Shown here in pieces: positions 53,940-64,000 of a stretch of 64,000 bases of DNA. How positions within the stretch are numbered: the first letter of the stretch is position 1; each line of letters begins with the position of its first letter. Source of the DNA: Paragordius varius (Eukaryota; Animalia; Nematomorpha). The stretch is from positions 5,022,001 to 5,086,000 of the forward strand of contig OZ176054.1 in NCBI GenBank assembly GCA_964247055.1, read 5' to 3'. The notes beneath the pieces were generated by a model. It had not been told where the DNA came from. It saw nothing but the letters and a program-made list of their open reading frames with translations, and did not search any database. The translations under genes and the position numbers were made by a program.

Positions 53940-55272
53940 TTTATTATACAAAAAAAATTGTTAAAATACAATAAAAAATTGATCAGACTTTAAGGTTATA
54001 ATTATTATTGTTAAAAACGATTAAACATATATTTATTAACAAAACTGATGCAATAAAAATGGGCTGCTACGATATAACCTTTATAATTTGATACATATAC
54101 GCATTTACGCCAGTTTTTCTTGAAATTTAAATGTATATTATCAAAATTATATTTAGCTAATTTACTTCTCAGAAATAATGTTTTTATTATACAGGTAAGC
54201 TAGCTATAAATTTTTCCAGACAAGGTGTTGTTTGTATAACAATTGTTTTTACCTATAATATTATTAAATTAAATTTTTAAAAAGAAATTTATACTATAAG
54301 GTAAAAAATATTTCTATCATACATTGTTGATAGCTAAACTAGCTTAAAAAATTTACGGAATTCCGGTATCGTGTAAATATAATGTATTACGTCCATACAT
54401 GTTTTTTGAATAAGTATCTCATAGTTTTATATTATTGAGTTATTATTAAAGGTAATTACAATACATATAGAAATTCGCCAAATTTATTTTCAAAACTTTT
54501 GATAAATAATAAACATTCATATGTTAATTTAATTGGATTGATTCCCAATTTTAATTTTCTGATTATTATAAGTCGAAACGAAATAAAATTCAAACCAGAT
54601 AACAGACGAAATCGACTCTTCGAGAATGATAACCAATTCTTTCACTTGTTTATTCGTGCTTTTTTATTTCGACTCTTTGATAAACATAAACCCTCTTTCT
54701 TTTACATTTTCTAGCCGTTTTGCTATGCCTCTTTTATACTTTATCCTACATATTTTTGAAAAATTAAAATTTATTTTTGAAAATGATACCGGTCTTGGAA
54801 TAAGTCCTTTATAAGTGAATTTTCTTTTCTATACAATTGCTAGGATATTATTTCAATATTTTATTTTACTATAATTGGTTCAATTTTAACTTTGTCAGAC
54901 AAATTTATAAATATAAATTTTTCTCCAATAACATGCATATGTGGCTGCAAAGTCCATGCATTTTATTATTCTTGCTTGATTTTTATTATATTTAAGGTCC
55001 GTGATTATATTAGTTTCACAGCAGGCTTTCCTAACGTTATGCCACGTTGATACCTGGTGTAAAATTAACCCCTTATGTCTATTAGAAAGCCAATTAATAT
55101 AGTTTCGCCTCTAACAGGGTATTTATAATAATTGGATTCATTTTTTAAAAAAATATTTTGGTTTACATAAGGTTTAGATTAATCCAAATATTTTACTTTC
55201 CTAACATTTCTGTTTTATGAATGCGTATTTCAATTTTTGTTAATAGTACTTTCTGGGTTAAGCAGTGATAAC

Positions 55273-55934
55273 TAGGGTTGTGCATTTGACTGCTTTTTCA
55301 AAAAAAGTTTGGATGGTCATGACCACTTTTAAATTAAGTAAGTATCATGCGATATTGGATTGTCAAAATAAGTTCGAATTACACTTGCGTTTCACTAATA
55401 ATGTCATGTTTTTTTCTTTAAAGTTTGTATTATACATTTTTTTGATATTTATTATTTACATATATTTTCAATCGAATTTGATCAATATATTGTTTTAATA
55501 AATTTTGTCACATGTTTATGGCCTTCTGATTCTAATACATAGCTCATAATACTGGATATTTCAAATTTGACCTAGTTTGTTTTACACTTTCTTTCATCAT
55601 TAAAATATCCAATTATAGGATGTTTTTCATTTTTGGTTCACATATATAGAATTTCATATTTTGCAAAGTGCTATATTGTTTTGTTTTCCGAAATAACTGG
55701 ATAATACTTATGTTATGAAGAGGCATGTTTAACAATTTTTAATATTGGTAAATAAGCATATTTAAATATTTAATTTTTTTTAAAAAAAATATATTAGAAA
55801 ACAAAAAAATCTTACTATCTCTCTTCCTAAAAAAATTACTAGCATTTTTTCAAAAAAGAGCTATTATTTTTAATGACCATGGTCAAAAAATAAATAGTCA
55901 CTGACTTGATCATGACCTGGTCAGCACAACCCTA
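55273..55934 (+). mobile_element. TAGGG-ended hAT MITE
   Basis: Perfect TSD gtgataac (55265-55272, 55935-55942) and the same TIRs as 26405-26916. Confidence 0.93.
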
Positions 55935-56980
55935 GTGATAACCTTTTCTCTTTAATTATTTCTTACATAATCTATTGTCCTTAAATTTTTCCACAATACC
56001 ACCTTCTCTATTTTTATATAATGTATTTCACAACAAACAATTTATTAGTTATACAAAATTTTATCAATCGCTGACACCTTAGTTCCTTTCTCAATGTTTT
56101 CCCATTATCGTGACACACTGATTTCGAATCTTATTATTACAAACCATCTATAATCATATCATTTTACATAAGTCAAGTTATTAATCTGGGAGTTGATTTA
56201 AATTTGGATTAGAGTGTTAGGGGCATGCTAAATAAAGATTCGTATAGCATTTAAACATTATTATAAAATAATATTATTGATTGACATTTTTATTTTTGGT
56301 GGTATTTAGTAGCTTGCTTTTTTTTATTTTCTCTGTACATGTCTCTTTCCTCGTTTCATCCATGGTGGTTTCAGAGTTTACTTAACTAAAAGAGAGAAAA
56401 TGGTCATATTGATATTTTATAATTTTTGTAAACAATTATATCGGGGCTTTGTTTAACCATACCTATGGGGTATGTCAAAAATTTTATAAAATAAAAAACA
56501 AAAATATAATTTAGTTGAAACATGTTTTTAATCTTGACGACATGTGGAAAAAGAACAAGTTTGGCAATATCAAATTCCAGGGTAAATCATTCACTATTTC
56601 AATTTTTTTAAAAAAGGTCCTTATTATTTTAAATAAATGATTAATGAGTTACATTGCATTGTAATACTTTGCTACATAAGACATTAAATTATCTATCGGT
56701 TATAAAACCAGAACTGATTTAAATATTGTGATATATTATTAAAAAATTTGCCATTATCTGCGATTGAACATTCCAAATTAATTTTATAACACTCAGACCT
56801 TTTAGAGGTAGTTTTATACGGATCTTGAAATTAAATATCTGAAAAAAATATTTAAGGTGTTAAGCTGAATGTAAAAATGTGCTTTCTTTAGCCTTTTAAT
56901 CGCATTATAAAAAAATTTAAATATGTAAAATTGTATAATACTCGTCTCAAACTTTTACACTGCCATTTATTTCTTTATAA

Positions 56981-57531
56981 CACCTAGATTCAATTTGGGG
57001 TATCTAAATACCCCAGACTGTTATATTTCTAAAAAACTACAGAAGGAAACAGTCCCAATTTAAATTTGCTTCTATCTTAATAAAAATTATATAACAAAGC
57101 CAAAATATATAAATAAAATTTCGTTGAATAAAAAGTTCCATGAACTACTTGGACGCCATTTTTATTTAGAAAAATTTTTGCAAAATATCCTGTTTATTTG
57201 ATTCTAACGTTAAAATTAAAGCTAATTTTTATTTAAATTACATCTAACATTGATAGAAATAAAAAAAGTGGTTTGTTTTGTATTATTATTTAATTTAGCC
57301 AATGGACATATGTTACATTGACTAAATTTCTACCTTTGGTTGGTTTTACATTAAAAGAGAAATATCAAGTATTTTTGAATAAAAAATTTTATATATTTCG
57401 GTTTATCAATGATAAGTTGTAAAATTTTGCCATGGTTTCGATTCCTTCTATATTTTTTAAATTATTTAATTTTAAACAGGTATCCAACTACCCCAATTTG
57501 AATCGGGCAATGAATGTCTTGTATCCAAGTG
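56981..57531. mobile_element. piggyBac-like MITE
   Basis: ataa|cacctagattcaatttggggtatctaaatacccc ... gtatccaagtg|ttaa. Internally homologous to 59556-59878. Confidence 0.7.
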
Positions 57532-57890
57532 TTAAATCGCTAATGCAACTGGCAAATTTTTTTATATTATAATTAGCAAATGTAAATAATTAAATTTACA
57601 AAACCTTCAAGCTACATTTTAGCAGCAAAACTTGATATATTTTGATTTTTATATCAGTTGTTCGTTTAAAACGTGTTATGGAACTGTCCTAATTTTAGAC
57701 CCTGGAAGAGATAAAAAATATATATCTAAGAGAAGAATGTTATCAAACTTTAACAATAGACTCGTTTACAAAATTGAGCTCTGGGATATAAAACAACCCC
57801 AATAGGTCAATTAGGACAAAAAAGAAAAGGTCATGAAGTGTTTTTATATATCAATTCAAATTATTTATCTTCGTAGGACTTAACATACAG

Positions 57891-59000
57891 CAATGGTACT
57901 CAAACCGCGACTCACAGCCCACATGCGGCCCTACAATTGCTTTTTTATGAATATGAATTCATATTCGGCTATTTTTACCGTGATTGTTTTAGAAGTACAG
58001 TTAGCTGCTAAATTTTTATTGATTTCCATATTTTTATATTTCGGTTTATATATTTTCAGTAATTTTTCTATTTTTAAAGATGATAAATTAAGTATATTAT
58101 ATAAAAAATATCGGGAATAATTCTTTAAAACTTAATAAATTGGCAGTCATTTTTGAAAAGTTATTCATACTTTTTTATATTTTACTCTATGAGATATTAG
58201 TATATTATACCTGTTTTTATATTATACCTTATAAAATATATCCTATCTCAAAAGTTTTCCCAATATTTGATATTAGTTAACGAATTCAAAGCTGCCATAT
58301 ATTGCTACAAAAGAAATTATCCGATGATACTCTTCTAAAAAAGAATAATAAAACAATTATTTATAATTTAAAATATATCCTACCTTATGTTTAACTCTAA
58401 AAAACTAAAACGCATCCTAATAACCGCCCGTCTATGGCGATCAACAAGGGTAGTGGTACTCAAACCGCGGCCCTTATGTCCCTATATTTTTAAACTTTAT
58501 AGTATAAACTGCATGTGTCAAAAAGATAGATAATATTTGTCGTTTTATGGAAAACGGCCCTTTAATTTTTTGTCGCAACTGAACAAGGGTTCTTTTTGAA
58601 AAACAAATAGAATTAACAAAATCCTTTTTATCCTACCACAACTTATAGGGCAAATTAAAAGGGTTGTCGGTATAGTTTACCACATCAATACTAGAGAAAA
58701 ATAGAAGACTCAAAAGTCATCTAAACGATAACTACGCGTTTGGAAAACTTTTATACCGCAGTAAAATGTCTTATCTTGTAGAATTTTTCCTGAAAAAACA
58801 CGAAATTTGGCGGACATCAATAATAACAAACGGCCGGTTTTAATGGCTTACTTTTGCGACGTTTCTGAAAAACGAAATACCACTAGATACACAGGGCAGT
58901 TATAAAAATACGAATATAGCCAACGTAAAACAATGGGTAATCTGTAAGAATTGATTTTGATTAGCAGATTATCAAAAAATTACTGACGTCATGTAGTCCA
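57891..59000 (+). mobile_element. Highly decayed Buster-type hAT fragments
   Basis: Two left-end-like motifs (caatggtactcaaaccgcg at 57891, tagtggtactcaaaccgcggccc at 58451) matching the 6893 end. Faint transposase-like text (MSYLVEFF) near 58770. Confidence 0.45.
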
Positions 59001-59555
59001 CATTTCAGACTTTTTATTAATTTTTAACAATTTAAATAATATAATAATAACCAAGTAAAGTTTCGAATTATCGATAAAATATTGGGCAACAAAAAGTAAA
59101 ATTTTCTTAACTTGCTGGAAAAGATAAAAAATATTATATTTATTTTTCTATAATCAATTGAAATAATATATGTAAATTTGAGATGTTGAAGACACTAAAA
59201 TGTATAAACAAATAAAAATATAATTAGAATAAAATGAATAAAAATTATATTTGAACATATAAATTTTATATCACCATTGACTCATTTATTTTGATTAATT
59301 AATCAAGATACACAATAAAGTATCTATAATGTTCAAAACAAACGTATGAGGGTGAATTTAATATAAAATTTATACTTGATTCAAATTTTCACAATATATG
59401 GAATGTAAATAGGAAGTAATAAGAATATGATATGTGTGTGCGTGAAACAATACAATTATCACAACATATATTCTATTTAACACTCATTACCTTTTGGGGT
59501 AGTTTGATATCCCAGATTTTTTAATTTTAATATCTAAAAGTAGTTAAGCTATTAA

Positions 59556-59878
59556 CACTTCGATTCAAATTGGGGTATCTAAATACCCCAGACTAAATTT
59601 AGGTAAGGATTTTAAAAATTTTAAGGGTAAAATTAAAGCTAATTTTTTTATTTAAATTACATTTAACATTGATAGAAATAGAAAAAGCGCTTTATTTTGT
59701 ATTATATTTTAATTTTATCAATGTCATGTTGATGAAATTTTTACCATTCGGGTTTAGCACAAAATAAGGCTTCGATTCCTTCCTTATTTTTTCAAGAATT
59801 TAATTTTCAACAAGCCTGAAGTATTTAGCTACCCCAATTTGAATCGAAGGACTGAAATGAATGTGTTGTATCCAAGTG
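59556..59878. mobile_element. piggyBac-like MITE
   Basis: ttaa|cacttcgattcaa ... ttgtatccaagtg|ttaa, with TTAA on both sides. Confidence 0.82.
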
Positions 59879-60569
59879 TTAAGCCGATATTAAAATTAAG
59901 GTTTTTTTAGACATATAACCGTATTGTGCATTTTTTTAAAAGTGTTAAATTCTAAATTCTCTTCTCAAACTTTTTCGCGGCTATTTTTATATAAATTTTT
60001 TTTAATTGCTTTGGTCACGGACAAATAAATGTAGTTATAAAATGTTAACAACTAACTTTAAAAAGCTAGAATACATTTTAAGCAGCAATTGACTTCTATT
60101 TGATCGATAACAACGACAGCAATGAGGCACAACACTTTGATATGAAGCTTATAAATAAAAATATTTTTGCCCCAAAAAACTCGATAAGTTTTGATATTAT
60201 ATATATATATATATAATACATTTCATCAAGATTTTTTGTCTGCACTGATTATATTTTGCAGTTTTTAAATTCGGGAAATTTAAAATTTAGATAGCGGTAA
60301 ATTTTGTTAAAACCATTAGCTAAATTAAAATTATAATTTTGCTAATTCATAGCAATAGCTTTTAGCGTTCAATCAATTTTCAACATAAATATTATTTATT
60401 TAAAATAAAAAAATATTTGATCAAACTTTAGATTTTACTTTTGATTTTAAATAAATAGTTTGTATAACTAGTTCTGTAATATATTTTATGTCATTCCACA
60501 CCCAAGTTTTCATTATTTTGAATCTCTCTGGGGCAAAAGCTTAACCATATGAAGTAAACTGAGTTGAAA

Positions 60570-62376
60570 TCTATATATTTATGAAAATAGAAAATTCTGG
60601 CTTTGTGATCTGTTTCCGGAAAACCGGTAGACCCATTCAAATCGAAACATCGAAAAATATAATTATTAACGAATGCCCCGACAATAGCTTGGTCCTTTTT
60701 TGAAATAGGCCCCCAGTTCGGGCCCACCCCGTGTGAAAAACGGGTTTTTTGAAAAAATTTACAAAAATCGTGTCTTTGAGTTGATTTTCCGGAGAACGTG
60801 TTGGACCATTCAATTTCAAATATGATTTTTGTTTACTTATTTTCGATTGCGCCGAACATAGTCTTCTCGCTTTATTAATTTAGGCCCTCTTTTTACCCGC
60901 TCCACCCGTAAAAGGCCAATTTTTTTAAAAAAATTAAGTCCACAAAAATAATTTTTTGATTCTATTTTTCGCCCAAGGTATGAGACCGTAAAAATTCAAT
61001 AAGGATTCCACGTATTCCCTGTTAAAAGGAAAAAATTTTAGTCAAGCGTTTCTTTGATGATAGCTGCTGAGTAAGGAGCTACCCGCGAAAAATTGACCCG
61101 TCATATCAAAATAGCGTACTTTTGGGGCTAAATTTCAGAAATCCTATCAGGCCATATGAGTTCAATAGCTTCTTAAAATATTACCCGTAAAAAGTCAAAA
61201 ATTTTAACAAGCTTTTTTGTATCAGCCTCAGGGTAGGGAGCTACCCCCTAAAACTGCGCCACCATATTGCTTAGGAGTCAGAAATAAGGCCATATAAGTT
61301 TTATAAGGGCCTGAAATATCACTCTTAAAAAGGCAAAATATTAAGTCGAGCGGATTTTTTAAATTAGCGCTTAAATAGGCTCTGGGTAGGGAGCTACCCG
61401 CGTATAAATGCCTCACTATATCGATACAGCTTTCCTTTGGAGACAAATTTCCGAAAACTTATAATACTATGTGAGTTCAATAAGGGCTTAAAATATTTAT
61501 TACCCCTTAAAAAAATATTTTAGGGGTTTCAATTAGTCATTAAAAAAGGTTTTACGCCCTGAAAATTTGCTGCCATAGAACAATTTTTAAATATTGAAGC
61601 AATATTTCCACGAACTCATAGGAACATATGGACATTATAATTCCAGATATTCCGCATATAAAGACAAAAGATTTGTTCAACTCTTTTTTTATACCTGCCT
61701 CTGGGTACAAGCTACCCGCTAAAAACTGTGCCACTATATAGAAATTGCGTTGTTTTGGAACTAATTAAAAGAAAACTTATGCCATATGAGCTCATTAAAA
61801 TTCGAAATATTACCCGTACCTCGATAAAAAATAAGGTCAGGTTTTTTTATTAGCTGTTAATTTGGGGCCTTTATGCCCAAAAAATACGCCATCATATAAC
61901 GATTATATAGTGTTAAGGTATTTTTTCGAATAACCCATGAGACGATGGTCAGATGATTCCAAATATTTTCCCTGTAAAAAAATTTTAACTTAGCGCTTTT
62001 ACCATATAGGTCTATGGGCTACCGGTTTAAAACTGAGACGCCATACAAAAATGGCGTGGCTTTGGAGCTAATTTTCAAAAAACTTAAGAAGCGTTACGAG
62101 TTCAATAAAGGCTTTAAAAATTACCCATGAAAAGGTAAATATTATAGTATAGCGCTTTTTTCCGTTAGCCCTCAATTTGGGGCCTTTACACCAGTAAAAA
62201 TATATTAGTATGAATGTACCGTTTTGAAAATCTCATGAGATTATAGCTATTAAATAATGTTTCGAAATAATCCACATATATAGATCATTTTATTAACTAT
62301 TTTTTAAAATAACCCCCCTAACCCTCAAGTCGGAAGGACTTCCTCGGGCTGCGTAGCAGCACGAGATTTAAGCTAG
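60570..62376 (+). mobile_element. Non-autonomous Helitron with degenerate internal tandem repeats
   Basis: 5' A|TCTATATATTTATGAAAA. 3' hairpin cggGCTGC-gta-GCAGCacg (~62345-62363), then 9 nt, then CTAG|T at 62373-62377. No TSD and no RepHel ORF. Confidence 0.8.
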
Positions 62377-62840
62377 TAATATATATAATATGCAGTTTTG
62401 TTGTAATGGCCAAGGAATAGTTTTTAATTTATTTAGAGCGCTGAAAAAAGGTATTTAGTTATCCTAAATATCTGTATTTTCAATTTTCCTACTGCTCCAA
62501 AATAGGAGAACCTATTTCCAAAGTTTTTTTGAAATTAAAAAATGGACTTATTTTTTATAGGCATTGTTATATTATTTTTGGCTATATATTATTTCGTGAT
62601 TGTGAAATTCGAACACACTTTAAACGGGATATGTAAGAAATTTCATTATTAATTTAGAATTTAAATACTTCATCGTATAAGTGATATATAACTATATTTT
62701 TTATAGAGATAAGCTATTCTCTTTCCAAAGTAATAATATATTTAAAATCTTTATAAAATGGCTGAACCATCCTCTGCTAATGAATTCAGTTGAATATTTT
62801 ATAAAAATTATCATACTCTTGTATTTATCAACATCTAAAG

Positions 62841-63110
62841 CAGGCTGTCTAACATAAATGGATTCGCGGGTAGCATTTTTGACTCAAAAATCCCCGCGGG
62901 CCGCATTTAAAATATATAGAGGCATTTTTAAGCATAAATGCAAAATATTATAACAAATTTGTATAGTTCTTGTCGATTAGAAAGATTTATTAAATAAAAT
63001 TGTTTGAAAATATCTATTTTATTGAGGTTTTGTGGGATATTTTTGCAAATCATAGATTTCCAAATTTTTCGCTGATCGCACATGAAGTCTTGGGGGTCAC
63101 TTGTTGGTGA
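62841..63110. mobile_element. Degenerate hAT MITE fragment
   Basis: Starts caggctgtctaac and contains ccgcgggccgcattt like the 1995-2204 family. Right end unclear. Confidence 0.4.
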
Positions 63111-63281
63111 TAAAGGTAAATAACACGATACTTTTAAGATGATCGTTCTAGATAGCCTTATATAATGTTAACTCTTTTACATGTAGATAAATAGGATAAG
63201 GGAACTATTATATAATTATTTTTTAGAGCGACAGTTTTACTGTCAAAATAATCGCTGGAATAGGTTATAATTGGAATTATA

Positions 63282-63287
63282 TTTATT
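63282..63287 (-). promoter_or_regulatory. Candidate polyadenylation signal AATAAA
   Basis: About 50 nt downstream of the TAA of the 63336-64000 reading frame. Confidence 0.35.
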
Positions 63288-63335
63288 CTGATACCATATA
63301 TATTATCTAATTTTTACATGTGCAGTTTTTACAGA

Positions 63336-64000
63336 TTACAATATATTACAAAATTGACTTTTGATGCGTGTGAATGAGTTTGGATAACTAGTTGTGTGGG
63401 AAGTCAAAGTCGATTTACGATCCAAACATGCTGTCGAAACTGATTCGGAAGTTACCTTATTTGTCGTGTGAAGAGATTTAAAAATTGAAATGATTTTATG
63501 AGTCGGAGATATTGTTTTAGCCTTAACCTTGTTGGCGGCGTCATAAAAATTGACTTTGGAGTGTTGATCCACAGAAATTTTGGGAGGATCGGCCGAAAAA
63601 TCTAACGAATGCGGATAGGAAAATGTATTGGTTGTTTGGAAAGATTCACGGTTATCGAGCGCTGATACTAATTTGAGGGATGGATTATGTATCATGTTTG
63701 AATTTCCGGATGTAGTGGGCTTATTTTTTTTAATGTCATTGGAAATATCTGGGAAAACGATACTTTCCATACGAGTTGGATCTTCGTTATTCAAAATAAT
63801 TGTTTTATCAGAGGAATACGACATTGGTTTTATTGAAGGTGATGGTTGTGTTGTTTCAAACGAATAATTTTGGTTTTCACGCTGATTATTAAAGGTTTCC
63901 GTTGGTTCAGACAATTGCATCAAAGTTTTTCGCCTTGTTAATAATCTGTTATCATTATTAATATCATTGTCTCCGTTATTACTTTTTAGACTGGTGTCAG
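63336..64000 (-). CDS. Probable last coding exon (5'-partial) of a gene with a Ser/Thr/Asn-rich, likely disordered C-terminus
   Basis: The frame stays open from the window edge (DTSLKSNNGDND...LTRRKTLMQLSEP) to TAA at 63336, about 220 codons, which is unusual in this AT-rich background. No recognisable domain. Confidence 0.8.
   Translation of the reverse strand, partial: DTSLKSNNGDNDINNDNRLLTRRKTLMQLSEPTETFNNQRENQNYSFETTQPSPSIKPMSYSSDKTIILNNEDPTRMESIVFPDISNDIKKNKPTTSGNSNMIHNPSLKLVSALDNRESFQTTNTFSYPHSLDFSADPPKISVDQHSKVNFYDAANKVKAKTISPTHKIISIFKSLHTTNKVTSESVSTACLDRKSTLTSHTTSYPNSFTRIKSQFCNIL

Noticed and set aside
60491-61734. ORFs inside the Helitron as captured genes
   Set aside because: Short, derived from GC-richer repeat units, with no recognisable motifs or splice structure.
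62325-62370. Hairpin as a tRNA/SINE or intrinsic terminator
   Set aside because: No cloverleaf or A/B boxes. Its position 9 nt before CTAG|T fits a Helitron 3' end.
63628-63867. Plus-strand 79-aa ORF
   Set aside because: Antisense to the longer, compositionally plausible minus-strand exon.

Overview
Very AT-rich, intron-containing eukaryotic DNA, most likely from an invertebrate animal (inferred from composition, GT-AG introns and transposon types). I saw no prokaryotic operon, CRISPR array, rRNA or tRNA. The window is dominated by a tandem duplication with a 30,828-bp period. Positions 1 to ~21,180 recur essentially base-for-base at 30,829 to ~52,010. The match then loosens over ~0.9 kb and falls to paralog-level similarity from ~22,110/52,940. 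That transition lies inside a gene, as expected from unequal crossover between paralogs, though an assembly loop is not excluded. On the minus strand each unit carries (i) a decayed BACK + six-Kelch (KLHL-like) gene whose exons I could splice in phase, and (ii) two related multi-exon genes, called X1 and X2 here. X1 and X2 encode proteins with a hydrophobic N-terminus (a clear signal peptide in X2) and a CUB-like module, and they are mostly invisible in the ORF track because the exons are short. Each unit also holds dense transposon debris: Buster-type hAT relics, hAT, Tc1/mariner-like and piggyBac-like MITEs, foldback-like palindromes and a Penelope GIY-YIG fragment. The unique right end has more MITEs, a non-autonomous Helitron with degenerate ~155/315-bp internal repeats, and the last exon of a Ser/Thr-rich gene running off the edge. 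All domain calls come from motif recognition by eye and need profile or structure searches.
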